A stretch of 64,000 bases of DNA, from contig CAWCKJ010000004.1 in NCBI GenBank assembly GCA_963796105.1, forward strand, positions 1,408,001-1,472,000, read 5' to 3'. The notes under the pieces are model-generated. The model was given only the letters and a program-made list of their open reading frames with translations. It was not told the origin of the DNA and ran no database searches. The position numbers and the translations under genes were made by a program. The stretch is from a candidate division FCPU426 bacterium (lineage in GTDB: Bacteria > Oederibacteriota > Muellerivitia > Muellerivitales > Muellerivitaceae). Shown in pieces: positions 41,673-51,734 of the stretch. Within the stretch, counting starts at the first letter, position 1. Each line of letters starts with the position of its first letter.

Positions 41673-43088
41673 TTAGATATCGTGGTAAAGAACGAACTCG
41701 TAAGGATGAGGGCGCAAGCGGATCGGATCGATTTCCTTGGTCTTCTTGAAATTGACCCATTCCTCGATCAGGTCATCGGTGAAGACCCCGCCCTTCAACA
41801 GGTACTCGTGATCTTCCTCCAGCGCCTCCAACGCCTCCGGCAGGGAGCCCGGGACGTTCTTGACCTTCTTCAACTCACGCGGCTCTAGATCGTACAGATT
41901 GACATCCATCGGCTTGCCCGGGTCGATCTTGTTCTGGATTCCATCCAAGCCAGCCAGCAACATGGCCGGGAAGGCTAAGTATGGGTTGCAGGATGGATCC
42001 GGCGGCCGGAACTCGACGCGCTTGGCTTTCGGGCTCTTGGAGTAGAGCGGGATACGGCATGCGGCCGAGCGGTTTCTCTGGCTGTAAACCAGGTTGACCG
42101 GCGCCTCGAAACCCGGGGTCAAACGCTTGTAGCTGTTGACCGTCGGGCAGATGAAAGCGCAAAGCGAGGCGGCGTGCTTCAGAAGGCCGCCGATGTAGTA
42201 AAGGCCGGCCTGTGAGAAACCGGCGTAGCCTTTCTCGTCGTACATGACGTTGGTGTTTCCCTTCCAGATGGACTGATGAACGTGCATGCCAGAGCCGTTG
42301 TCCCCAAAGAGGGGCTTCGGCATGAAAGTAGCCACCATGTTATGGCGGCGCGCCACGTTTTTGATCACGTACTTGTACTTCAGGAGCTTGTCGGCCATGC
42401 TCACCATACTGTCGAACACGATGTCGATCTCGGCTTGTCCGGCCGTGGCCACCTCATGGTGGTGCTTCTCGATCGGCACACCGATCTCCTGCATAAGGGT
42501 GGTCATCTCGGAACGGATATCCTGCTGGCTGTCGTTTGGCGGAACCGGGAAGTACCCTTCCTTATTGCGGATCTTGTAAGCAAGGTTGGGATACTCGTCG
42601 CGGCCCATATTCCATAAGCCCTCGGTGGAATCCACCGAATAGTAACCGGCGTTCATGGTCTGGTCGAACTTCATGTCGTTGAACACGAAGAACTCAGCTT
42701 CAGGCCCCCAATAGGATAGATCTGCGATGCCGGTGGTCTGCAGGTATTTTTCCGCTTTTTGTGTGACATACCGCGGGTCGCGGGAGTAGGACTGCCGAGT
42801 GACGGGGTCCACCACGTTACAGATCAAGACGAGGGTGGTAGCCTCAAAGAATGGATCGATGAAGGCCGTGTTGGGGTCCGGTATCAGGAGCATGTCGGAC
42901 TCGTGGATGGCCTGGTATCCGCGAATGGAGGAGCCGTCAAAACCGCTACCGTCCTTGAATACATCCTCATCGAAAAACTTCACGGGCTGGGTCCAATGCT
43001 GCCAGACGCCGGGAAGGTCGATGAAACGTAAATCTACGTATTTCACGTCCTTCTGCTTGATTAAATCCATTACTTCCTTCGGGGTCAT
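41673..43088 (-). CDS. glnA: Glutamine synthetase type I
   Basis: FDGSSI, HHEVA, FMPKP..GDNGSGMH, RNRSA, NLYDL adenylylation-type motif. Confidence 0.98.
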   Translation of the reverse strand: MTPKEVMDLIKQKDVKYVDLRFIDLPGVWQHWTQPVKFFDEDVFKDGSGFDGSSIRGYQAIHESDMLLIPDPNTAFIDPFFEATTLVLICNVVDPVTRQSYSRDPRYVTQKAEKYLQTTGIADLSYWGPEAEFFVFNDMKFDQTMNAGYYSVDSTEGLWNMGRDEYPNLAYKIRNKEGYFPVPPNDSQQDIRSEMTTLMQEIGVPIEKHHHEVATAGQAEIDIVFDSMVSMADKLLKYKYVIKNVARRHNMVATFMPKPLFGDNGSGMHVHQSIWKGNTNVMYDEKGYAGFSQAGLYYIGGLLKHAASLCAFICPTVNSYKRLTPGFEAPVNLVYSQRNRSAACRIPLYSKSPKAKRVEFRPPDPSCNPYLAFPAMLLAGLDGIQNKIDPGKPMDVNLYDLEPRELKKVKNVPGSLPEALEALEEDHEYLLKGGVFTDDLIEEWVNFKKTKEIDPIRLRPHPYEFVLYHDI

Positions 43089-43149
43089 GATTTTCCTCCT
43101 TGATTAAGGTTGAATTTATTTTATGTAAATAATGTTGTGGTATAAAAGA

Positions 43150-43183
43150 AAGGCCAGAAGTCGATGAGGCGGCTTCTGGCCTT
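43150..43183 (-). terminator. Terminator after the permease-PII gene
   Basis: AAGGCCAGAAG(T)CG / CGGCTTCTGGCCTT stem followed by TCTTTT on the minus strand. Confidence 0.7.
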
Positions 43184-43199
43184 ATTAATTTAAAAATTT

Positions 43200-45158
43200 T
43201 CAGACTGCGCCGACTCCCGTTTCACCGGTGCGGACTCGGACTGCCTCGTTTGCATCCAGGACGAAGATCTTCCCATCGCCCACGTTACCGGTATTCAGGA
43301 CCTCCTGCATGACGTCCATGACATGGGGAACGTCCCAGTCGTTGACCACCACATCCACCCGGGTTTTCGGGAGGAACTTGATCTTGGCCAGGCCGTCGCC
43401 GTTGGACTTGGCGCCCCTCTGCCGGCCGAAACCTTTGACGTCGGTTACGGTCATTCCCTGAACCAAGCTTTCCTTGCTCAAGGCTTCTACCAGGTCATCC
43501 AAGGCATCCGGCCTGATCATGGCTGAGATCATCTTCATTCCATGGGACTTCAGGACCGACGTGCCCATCACGTAAAGGAAGTAGAGAATGGCCGAGCCCC
43601 CAGCGATATAGAAGAAGATATTCGCCTCAGCCTTGGCATCGTCATTCCCAATCGTGTAGAGGTAAATGACTCCCCAGCACATCACTAGGTTCATCAGGAG
43701 CCCCAAGAACGGAATAAGGAAGTGCTTGAAAAGGCTGAAATCCTTGCGTTTCTTAAAGGCGATGAAGGTCCAGATGCAGACCGCGCCGTAAAGAACGAAA
43801 GTCCCAAAGTTCGAGGCCAAGGTGATTCCGGTCAAGCCGCGGACTGATTGCACACCGATGATGGCTATTCCGCTTGAGACGGCTGCCAGCATCCAGATGG
43901 CCGTGTGCGGGGAGGCGTGTTTTCTATGCAGGAAACCCAAGAAATGGGGCAATTCCCGGTCTTCCGCCATTCCGAAGGTCACGCGCACCGCAGTGTTCAT
44001 GCAGGCCAGGGTTGTGCAGACAATCGCGATGGCGACCGTCAGGGCCATGGAAATCATCAAGGCGAAACCCAAACCGCTGAACAAGTGGTTCCCGATGCTA
44101 GTGATCATATCGCCGATGGGGGCGCTGGAAGCGGCCATGGCATCCAAACCCATGACGATTTTAGTAGTGGCTGGCGCAGCGGCGACCGCGGCCACAGCCG
44201 GGGTGGTGGCGGTGGCGGCGATCGCTTGAACGGCAGCGACAGCCGGAACAGGAACGGTTCCAGTGAGTTTCTCGCTGACCATCATGTTGGCCGCGAAGTA
44301 CTCGAACAAGTAGGCCAGCAATCCCTGTACCACCAGGGCGATGATGATGGCCTTCGGGATATTCTTTTCCGGCTGTTTGGTCTCGGCCGCCAGGGCGGTC
44401 GAGCTCTCGAATCCCACCAGGATCAGGATGGCGATGGTGGACTGGACCAGGACCCCCTTGATCGAGTGGAACTGTATGATGTCAACAGGTCCGCTAAAGG
44501 ACCAACTGGCGGCGTGCTCGGGATTGATGAACCGATAGGCGATAGCCATGATCCCGAAGACCACCAAGGTTCCCCACTGGATAATGTTTCCCCAGAAGTT
44601 CAATTTGGTGGAACCCTGCACCCCCCTGTAGGCGATATAACTGACGATGAACGCAAAGACCACCGCGATCACCATCTGCCATGTCACCGTGACGGTAATC
44701 CCGAATATCGCGTTTAAAATATAACTGATCATCGTCGCCATCATGGCCACCATGACTCCGGGATATACCCAATAGAAGAGATGGGCGGCCCAGCCTGTGA
44801 TCAGCTTGGCGATGCGGGCCAGGGAAGTCGGCCCCGGGCGCTTAATGCCCTGATCGTCAATGAAGGCCTTCTCCGCGAAATATACGCAGCTGGCGAAACC
44901 CGCCTCGGGATAAATTTTCGCCAATTCGGCGTACGAAAACGCCGTCAAAAAGGCCAAGGCCAAGGCGACCAGGATTCCCGCCCACATGTCATTGGCGCAA
45001 GAAGCGCCGCTGGGCAGAGTCGCACCGGCTTGAAGCTGGTACGTAATCCACAAAAAGGCGCCCGGTGCGATCAGCGCCATAGCGTTTGTGGCCGCTCCCT
45101 TCCAGTCCAGCGTCCTCGTGACCAGGGACGCCTCCTCGGTTTGCAGTTTAGTTGCCAT
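43200..45158 (-). CDS. APC amino acid permease fused to a C-terminal PII (GlnB/GlnK) domain
   Basis: IAPG, YAELA, GFESS..LAAE permease motifs; C-terminal MKMISAMIRP...GMTVTDVKGFGRQRG...FLPK...TGNVGDGKIFV...RVRTGE in one ORF. Confidence 0.92.
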   Translation of the reverse strand: MATKLQTEEASLVTRTLDWKGAATNAMALIAPGAFLWITYQLQAGATLPSGASCANDMWAGILVALALAFLTAFSYAELAKIYPEAGFASCVYFAEKAFIDDQGIKRPGPTSLARIAKLITGWAAHLFYWVYPGVMVAMMATMISYILNAIFGITVTVTWQMVIAVVFAFIVSYIAYRGVQGSTKLNFWGNIIQWGTLVVFGIMAIAYRFINPEHAASWSFSGPVDIIQFHSIKGVLVQSTIAILILVGFESSTALAAETKQPEKNIPKAIIIALVVQGLLAYLFEYFAANMMVSEKLTGTVPVPAVAAVQAIAATATTPAVAAVAAAPATTKIVMGLDAMAASSAPIGDMITSIGNHLFSGLGFALMISMALTVAIAIVCTTLACMNTAVRVTFGMAEDRELPHFLGFLHRKHASPHTAIWMLAAVSSGIAIIGVQSVRGLTGITLASNFGTFVLYGAVCIWTFIAFKKRKDFSLFKHFLIPFLGLLMNLVMCWGVIYLYTIGNDDAKAEANIFFYIAGGSAILYFLYVMGTSVLKSHGMKMISAMIRPDALDDLVEALSKESLVQGMTVTDVKGFGRQRGAKSNGDGLAKIKFLPKTRVDVVVNDWDVPHVMDVMQEVLNTGNVGDGKIFVLDANEAVRVRTGETGVGAV

Positions 45159-45196
45159 AACTTCCTCCTTTATTTTGAAGTTGCATCTATCCCTAG

Positions 45197-45212
45197 AGCA
45201 ACTCTCGTGCCA
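45197..45212 (-). promoter_or_regulatory. sigma54 -24/-12 promoter for the permease-PII gene
   Basis: TGGCACGAGAGTTGCT on the minus strand. Confidence 0.85.
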
Positions 45213-45727
45213 TTTTCCATACGCTAAAAAAGCTTCAATTTTTGATTATGACGTTAGGAAAAAGTTAGTATTCTTGGATTTTAGTCAAAAAGTACAAAAA
45301 AGTATAATATTACAATAATGTTTAATAAAACAATTTAGTTATGTATATACACTAAAAATCGCAAAAAATGTCGAATTGAGGGTATTTCGAGTCGCCTAAA
45401 TAATCTTGGTTAAGAAAGGGGCCTTATGAAACATAGGTCGGTTTTATTTTGAAATACAAATATGAGTTTAATCGAACCTCGTTTTTGTTTTCCCCATAGG
45501 TTGCATTTAAAGAGAAAAGCTTCCTTTGATCCATCTTCGAAAAGGAATCAAGGTGATGAATGGTTTTACTGTTCCGGTAACTCAAGACCTTGGTTAGAAG
45601 GAAATATGTTGAAACCCTAAAACTCAATAATCAATCTTCGGAGTATCCGCTACAAAAATGTCTTAATGAAAATTTAATACAAATGGTTTCTAAAGATAAA
45701 TCCCTATTTTGCTAACACTTTCAAAAC

Positions 45728-45743
45728 TGGCACAAGGCTTGCT
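45728..45743 (+). promoter_or_regulatory. sigma54 -24/-12 promoter for the porin-PII genes
   Basis: TGGCACAAGGCTTGCT. Confidence 0.82.
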
Positions 45744-45828
45744 CATGTCTCTTATACATTGATGAAAGGTCCTTCATCCCTGAAGAATGAAGGGCCGGTT
45801 GAAGTTTTTTAACTTTAAGGAGGATGAT

Positions 45829-46968
45829 ATGAGAAAGACAATCAAGCTGATCTGTTTTATGGCTTCGTTCGCTATCGCCGGGTCGATGTCCCCGGTGTTG
45901 GCGGATACCGCCGCCCCGGCCGCCACGGCGGCCCCGACGGCCGCGGCCACACCCGCCGCCCCGGCGGTGGTGGTGGATGGTTTGGTGGATGGCTATTACA
46001 GCTATAACTTCACCAATTCTGCACACTCCATGAATGGAGCGGGAAATGGCGGTCTCTATGGATTCAACCTGACGGATAACTCCTACCGGTTGGAACTGGC
46101 CGAGGCCACGTTGACCGCGACCCAAGGGCCGGCCAGCGGGCACTTGACTTTGGCTTATGGGGAGACTGCGGACATCCTGAGCTTGACCACGGGCCTTCCG
46201 TTCGTGGAACAAGCTTATGTTTCTTATGTCGCAGGTCAATGGACTTTCAACGCCGGAAAGTTCGTCACATGGCTAGGGAATGAGGTAATCGAAAGCAAGA
46301 GCAACTGGAATTACAGCCGCTCCCTGCTTTTCTATGCTATTCCCTTGTTCCATACGGGTTTAAGCATCAATTACGCTCCCTCCACCATATTCGGGATTAC
46401 CGGATATGCCGTCAATGGATGGAATAACGACACTGCCACGAATGTGGACGGAGAAAAGTCCTTTGGATTGCAGGTATCCATCAAACCGGATTCCGCTTGG
46501 ACGATTCTATTGAATGGGATCGCGGGACCCAATCCCGCTTCCACGACGGATGGAAGCACGAATATAGTGGGTGAGGCCATTATTTCGTATAACGCGACAG
46601 ACAAATTGTCCTTAGCTTTAGACGGCGAATACATCAACCAGGATTTGCCCGCGGGACCGCCCAATGCCGATGGAATCATGGGGATTGCCCTCTATGCCCG
46701 CTACCAGATCCAGAGCGACTGGGCCGCCGCCCTCCGGTTGGAGCAGTTGAGCAACGACAATGGCGGGTCACCCGCTGTCAGCTCGGATGCCAGGGAAGCC
46801 ACTTTGACGATCGAGCATAACCTGACGGCCAATACGTTGTTACGCTTGGAAGGCCGTTATGACTACGCCTTGGCCGGTGGAACGGAACTTCCTGCCGGAT
46901 CAGGGCCCTATGCCGGCGGCGATCCCGACCAGTTGACGGGAACATTCTCAACTGTGTTCAGCTTCTAA
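45829..46968 (+). CDS. Outer-membrane beta-barrel porin (BBP2/DUF1597-like)
   Basis: Signal peptide, EQAYV, GKF.T..G.EVIES..NWNYSRS, NGWN, terminal F; AAGGAGG RBS. Confidence 0.85.
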   Translation: MRKTIKLICFMASFAIAGSMSPVLADTAAPAATAAPTAAATPAAPAVVVDGLVDGYYSYNFTNSAHSMNGAGNGGLYGFNLTDNSYRLELAEATLTATQGPASGHLTLAYGETADILSLTTGLPFVEQAYVSYVAGQWTFNAGKFVTWLGNEVIESKSNWNYSRSLLFYAIPLFHTGLSINYAPSTIFGITGYAVNGWNNDTATNVDGEKSFGLQVSIKPDSAWTILLNGIAGPNPASTTDGSTNIVGEAIISYNATDKLSLALDGEYINQDLPAGPPNADGIMGIALYARYQIQSDWAAALRLEQLSNDNGGSPAVSSDAREATLTIEHNLTANTLLRLEGRYDYALAGGTELPAGSGPYAGGDPDQLTGTFSTVFSF

Positions 46969-47048
46969 TTTGTAAATCGAAAGCGGGGGGTGCCCCTCAA
47001 TCTAAATTCGGGGCACCAACCTCTTTGAATCGGAACAAGGTGAAAATC

Positions 47049-47390
47049 ATGAAAAAGGTAGAAGCGATCATCCGACCGGAGAAATTTGACGAGGTCAAAG
47101 TAGCGCTGGAGGAAGCCGGTTACGCCGGAATCACGGTGACCGAGGTCCAGGGACACGGCAAACAGAAGGGGGTTACCCAAACCTGGAGGGGACGCCAGTA
47201 TTTGGTGCAACTCCTGCCGAAACTCAAGCTGGAGGTCGTTACGGCCAATGAAAAAGCCGCGAAAATGGTCCAGGCGGTTTTGAAGGCCGCGTCGACAGGC
47301 AACTTGGGCGACGGCAAAATTTTCGTCTATGACGTCGCGGAAGCCTACCGGATCAGCAGCGGGGAAAAGGGTGAGAATGTGGTCTTGTAA
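47049..47390 (+). CDS. PII nitrogen regulatory protein (GlnB/GlnK family)
   Basis: MKKVEAIIRP, GHGKQKG...RGRQY, TGNLGDGKIFV. Confidence 0.95.
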   Translation: MKKVEAIIRPEKFDEVKVALEEAGYAGITVTEVQGHGKQKGVTQTWRGRQYLVQLLPKLKLEVVTANEKAAKMVQAVLKAASTGNLGDGKIFVYDVAEAYRISSGEKGENVVL

Positions 47391-47588
47391 GCAACCACTC
47401 ACCCAAACTCTCTCTCTGGGCAACACAGGGGGCCAACCCGGCCAAGGTTGGTCCCTTTGTTGTTTTACCGGTAGTTTGGAAATAGGTTTTGGCCCGCCAT
47501 TCAGTTGCCGCACGGGAACGCCGCTGGATGGTTTGAATATAAGGCGTTAATTTTCCGTGTTTAACTAGAGTTGTAGAGGAGGGGGAAT

Positions 47589-48035
47589 ATGAATACCCTT
47601 AGGATTATTGGAAAATCAATTTTCATTGTTGTCCCATTTTCTCTTATGATTTGGTATTTTCTCAGCCACCTTTCGTCCCTTTCCAATGCGCGGAAAGAGG
47701 GAGTCTTTAGACGATTGGAATTGTCCAAAAGCCAATACGAGTTCATACGCAAGAGCCAGGCTACTTCACGGAATAAAATCTCTGAAATTAATTCCCAACT
47801 TGCGTTGAAACTGGTGGAATTGGAAACCGAATACGATAAGGCGAATCCGGATATGAACCGTTTGGACTCGTTATGCGGGGAAATCTGGCAATTAAAAGGA
47901 AAACGGGCGGAAGAGTACATCATCGTCCAGTTGGAGTTGGAAAGGAAAATCCTGACGCCGAAGCAATTAGGGTTATTGGAGGAAGTCCAGGGGAGGCAGG
48001 TTTCCGCGAATGGAAGCCCAGGAACTTGGAATTAA
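47589..48035 (+). CDS. Spy/CpxP-like periplasmic helical protein
   Basis: N-terminal TM segment; LELSKSQ and ILTPKQ (LTxxQ) motifs. Confidence 0.6.
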   Translation: MNTLRIIGKSIFIVVPFSLMIWYFLSHLSSLSNARKEGVFRRLELSKSQYEFIRKSQATSRNKISEINSQLALKLVELETEYDKANPDMNRLDSLCGEIWQLKGKRAEEYIIVQLELERKILTPKQLGLLEEVQGRQVSANGSPGTWN

Positions 48036-48070
48036 GTGTAAAATCAATCACCGCTTAAAGGAGGTGGTCC

Positions 48071-48441
48071 ATGCTTAAAATTGAAGCCATTATACGCCCT
48101 GAGAAATTGGGTGATGTCCAGCGAAGACTCCGTAAGATCGGCTATCCCGGCATGATGGTCACCGAAATGGAGGGGCATGGCCGCCAGAAGGGCCTTCACT
48201 CCGGCTGGCCCGAGAGCCTGAGGGTGAATTTCTTGCCTAAAACCAAGATTGAGATCGTCGTGGAGAAAAAGCATAAAAAGGAAGTTCTCAAGGCTATCAT
48301 CGGAGGTGCCCGCACGGGGGAAATGGGAGACGGAAAGATATTCCTATCGGATGTCCGCGACGCCATCCGGATCAGCACCGGGGAGCGGGGGAAAAAAGCA
48401 ATCTCGATGATGGTTAAACTCAAAAATACAAAAAAACACTG
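48071..48441 (+). CDS. Second free PII protein with atypical T-loop
   Basis: IEAIIRP, GHGRQKG, FLPK, TGEMGDGKIF; T-loop lacks the Tyr51 equivalent. Confidence 0.92.
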
Positions 48442-48456
48442 AAAAAACATCTTTTT

Positions 48457-48485
48457 ACCAAAGGTCCCCATGGGGGACCTTTGGT
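48457..48485 (+). terminator. Hairpin after the PII gene
   Basis: ACCAAAGGTCCCC / GGGGACCTTTGGT. Confidence 0.7.
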
Positions 48486-48551
48486 TAATTGTTCTTTCTA
48501 AGCGAGTCCCTAAAGTGAGATTGATTTTGCTTTTTTGAGGAAGGTTCAACC

Positions 48552-49910
48552 ATGGATATCCTGAATCCCTGGCGGCAAATGAATGGGACCATGGCGGCCC
48601 TTCATTCCATCCCGTTTCTTTTCCTGTTAATCTCCATCGCCATTTTTCCTTTCACCGCTTTAACGTCCCGCTGGTGGGAAAAGATGGAAAATAAAATATT
48701 TTTATCATCTGTTTGCGCGGTTGGGGGTGTTTTGCTCTACTTAAGGCCGGCCGGAGATTTACCCAAGGTGTTGGAAACCTACATGGATTACCTGTCTTTC
48801 CTGGTCCTGTTGGGATCGCTTTTCACCGTATCGGGGGGGATTCACATCTCGGGCGCATTCGCCGGCTTTCCCTGGTTAAACACTCTTTTCATGGCAATCG
48901 GGGCGCTATTGTCCAACGTACTTGGCACCACCGGAGCCAGCATCCTATTGATCAGGCCCTTGCTTCATGCGAACCGGCACCGAAAACACAAGGCTCATGT
49001 CGTGTTTTTCTTCATTTGCATCGTGTCCAATTGCGCGGCTTGCCTCATCCCCCTGGGGCCCCCGCTTTATTTGGGGTACTTGAGGGGCGTTCCGTTCCTT
49101 TGGACCCTGCGGTTGGCGGCGCCTTGCGGGTTGGTGATGGCCTGCCTGCTTCTCTCGTTCTATTTTTACGACGAACTGGTTTATAAAAAGGAGGATTTGG
49201 AAAGTCAAGGCTATATGACAAAGGAAGTGGTGGAGGCCCGTAGGAAAATCCATATCCAGGGTTGGGGAAACGTAGGGTATTTGGCGTTGTTAATCATCGG
49301 CATCTTATTCGCCGGATATGTCCTGTTCCCGGCATTGTCCGTATCGCTCGGGGAGCCGCTTGGGGGCCTTTATTCCAAAGCCATCCAAATTCTTTACATG
49401 GGCCTCATCGGGGTCCTTTCCTACCGCACTACTTCCGAGGTAGTGCGCCAGCAAAACCAATTCCACTTTGGCCCCCTTTGGGAAGTGGCCATTCTTTTTT
49501 TCGGCATCTTTGGCGCCATGGTGCCGGTGTTGGCGATTCTCGAAGCCTGGGGCCCTTCCATAGCCATCCGCCAACCCTGGCAATTTTTTTGGGTCTCAGG
49601 AATTTTAAGCGCTTTTCTGGACAACGCTCCCACCTATCTGACCGCTACGGCCCTGGCGGCCAGCCAAAACGGGATTGCCCCCGGTCATCTGGGGGATCTG
49701 GCGGAAAGGATTCCCCAATTCCTGGCAGCTATTTCTTGTGGTTCCTCTTTTATGGGTGCGTTGACTTATATTGGCAATGGGCCGAATATGATGGTCAAGT
49801 CCATCGCCGAACAAGCCCGTGTGAAAATGCCCTCCTTTGGGGGTTACATGCTTTGGTCAATGGCAGTACTCGTACCAACGTTCATCATTGTCACTTTCGT
49901 GTTTTTCTGA
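48552..49910 (+). CDS. IT-superfamily (NhaD/CitMHS-like) putative sodium:proton antiporter
   Basis: GTTGAS.LLIRP, PPLYLG, SAFLDNAPTY, YIGNGPN. Confidence 0.85.
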   Translation: MDILNPWRQMNGTMAALHSIPFLFLLISIAIFPFTALTSRWWEKMENKIFLSSVCAVGGVLLYLRPAGDLPKVLETYMDYLSFLVLLGSLFTVSGGIHISGAFAGFPWLNTLFMAIGALLSNVLGTTGASILLIRPLLHANRHRKHKAHVVFFFICIVSNCAACLIPLGPPLYLGYLRGVPFLWTLRLAAPCGLVMACLLLSFYFYDELVYKKEDLESQGYMTKEVVEARRKIHIQGWGNVGYLALLIIGILFAGYVLFPALSVSLGEPLGGLYSKAIQILYMGLIGVLSYRTTSEVVRQQNQFHFGPLWEVAILFFGIFGAMVPVLAILEAWGPSIAIRQPWQFFWVSGILSAFLDNAPTYLTATALAASQNGIAPGHLGDLAERIPQFLAAISCGSSFMGALTYIGNGPNMMVKSIAEQARVKMPSFGGYMLWSMAVLVPTFIIVTFVFF

Positions 49911-50015
49911 GGCTTTCAATTAAAGGCTTCCTCAACGATTTTTCACAGCGGTGTGTTGGGCCCTATGGATCTCAAGAGTACCCTTTGGCGAAAGTGTTTT
50001 TTCTGGAGGTAATTT

Positions 50016-50327
50016 ATGAGCCGATGGTTCATATTGGTTTTAGCTGCGTTTTTGGAGGTGGGAGGCGACGCCCTGGTGCGCTGGGGGTTGAAATCCGGAA
50101 GAATCATCGGCTTTGTCTTGGGCGCGATCGTTCTTTTTTCCTACGGCCTGACCGTGAACCTGCCAGATTGGGATTTCGGGAAATTACTGGGTATTTATAT
50201 CGTCTTGTTTTTCATTATTTCCCAATTGGTGAGTGTCTTTGCGTTCGGCGAGACCATCCCTCCTTCTCGAATGGTTGGCGGTGCCTTGATTATTGGCGGA
50301 GGGCTGTGGATGATGTTCGCGAAGTGA
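50016..50327 (+). CDS. Small DMT/SMR-like (YnfA-like) membrane protein
   Basis: 4 TM segments, LEVGGD, FGKLLGIY. Confidence 0.7.
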   Translation: MSRWFILVLAAFLEVGGDALVRWGLKSGRIIGFVLGAIVLFSYGLTVNLPDWDFGKLLGIYIVLFFIISQLVSVFAFGETIPPSRMVGGALIIGGGLWMMFAK

Positions 50328-50348
50328 AAAACTTCCGGAATGCCCAAA

Positions 50349-50388
50349 TTCACCACAGGTCCTCTTCGAGGACCACAGGGGCACAGAA
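50349..50388 (+). repeat. Variable-stem REP-like element
   Basis: TTCACCACA-GGTCCTC-TTC-GAGGACC-ACAGGGGCACAGAA. Confidence 0.65.
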
Positions 50389-50540
50389 AGAGAAAGTATT
50401 TCCCGAGTTTAAACGGCAAAGACTAATTATTTATGATGCGGAAAAATTCGAATTAACCTTAGGTTTTCAATAAAAATTAAAGATTCACCACTTTACTGGC
50501 TCTGTAAAGAAATACCTTAAAATAAATGGGTTAACCGTGC

Positions 50541-50572
50541 TTCTGTGCGGTGCGAAGCACCACTGTGGTGAA
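50541..50572 (-). repeat. Variable-stem REP-like element (inverted partner of 50349)
   Basis: Minus strand TTCACCACAGT-GGTGC-TTC-GCACC-GCACAGAA. Confidence 0.65.
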
Positions 50573-50660
50573 AGAATTTTTAAGGTTAATGTTTTAGTGG
50601 GGTTTCTTTTTAATAAATGAATTAGTACTATACGGTTTCCAATCCCATTTGGAGGAAAGC

Positions 50661-51113
50661 ATGGCTGAAACCTATCCGACTCCCTATGTCTTCGTCTATG
50701 ACGTGTTCCTCAAGGACGCCGTCAAGCACGTCAAAATCTTCCCCTATATCAAGACTTGGGCAAGGGCCGAGATGCCGGGAAAGCTTTACCAGCTTCCCAC
50801 GGGTCTTCCAATCGTCGTGGATGAGCCGGGGGGTACTGTTTTTGGGGAAGTGATGACTTTCGAGAGAATGGAAGACGTCCTGAAAATCATCGACGCCCAG
50901 GAGGGTTTCAGGCCAGAGGCACCTGCCATGAGCCGGTTGATGCGCGAGGTGAGGGAAGTGACCATTCCCTCAACCGGCGAGAAGGTTCAGGCCCTGGTTT
51001 ACCTGTTCCCCAAGGAAAAGTTCAACGCGAAGGAAATGTTCGCGGTTCACGCCCATGGCGGGGATTGGCGCAAGTTCGTCATGATGCCCCGGTTCGATGG
51101 GTACCAACACTGA
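50661..51113 (+). CDS. Gamma-glutamylcyclotransferase (AIG2-like) family protein
   Basis: VFVY, GKLY...P, VFGEV, IDAQEG, A.VY, GDW. Confidence 0.75.
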   Translation: MAETYPTPYVFVYDVFLKDAVKHVKIFPYIKTWARAEMPGKLYQLPTGLPIVVDEPGGTVFGEVMTFERMEDVLKIIDAQEGFRPEAPAMSRLMREVREVTIPSTGEKVQALVYLFPKEKFNAKEMFAVHAHGGDWRKFVMMPRFDGYQH

Positions 51114-51390
51114 GAAGACGCGATTAATCCATTTCCCTGTAGTACCAAATAATGGAATAAAAAGCGCAACCGATATTTCCTCTATTCTCTTTGTCCTCAT
51201 TTAACCAATATTACTTTTATCTTCTGCGGTTGCTACGGCAATCCCATTCCCAATAACGCCCTGTCCCCGGAAAAGTGTCGCCTTCCCCAAAAAATATTTT
51301 TTAAAAAGCCTTATTTCCCTATGAAACCCGGTTTTAAGAATATTCGTCTTATCCAGTGAAGATTAAAATTCGCTGGAAGGGAGAAATAAA

Positions 51391-51660
51391 ATGAAAAAGA
51401 TCACAATGATTTTTAGCTTGTTGGCGGTTTTAGCCTCAGCCGGGGCGGCCTCAGCCCGGGAGGTGGTAGTCGTGGGCCCAGGCCCGGGAATTGCCGCGGT
51501 AGTGGCGCCTTTTCCTGAGGTGCGGGTGATCGTGGGAAGACCCGGCATATATTGCTGGTACCAGGGCCGCTATTACAGCCGCCCGGCTTGGGACCGGTAC
51601 TGCCGATTCCATCCAGCCAGGTACGCTTACCGCTACCACCGGAATCATGGTTGGTACTAA
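51391..51660 (+). CDS. Small secreted hypothetical protein
   Basis: Signal peptide ...ASA, Arg/Tyr-rich tail, GGAG RBS. Confidence 0.65.
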   Translation: MKKITMIFSLLAVLASAGAASAREVVVVGPGPGIAAVVAPFPEVRVIVGRPGIYCWYQGRYYSRPAWDRYCRFHPARYAYRYHRNHGWY

Positions 51661-51678
51661 AGCGTAAGCCGGCCAATT

Positions 51679-51728
51679 AAGCGCCGATGAACCTATCCAT
51701 TTGAGGATCATCGGCGCTTTTTCTTTTT
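51679..51728. terminator. Terminator between convergent genes
   Basis: AAGCGCCGATGA / TCATCGGCGCTT then TTTCTTTTT. Confidence 0.75.
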
Positions 51729-51734
51729 GGTTAC

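Noticed and set aside
49262..50473. 403-aa alternative-frame ORF
   Set aside because: Overlaps two well-supported genes and has no protein-like features
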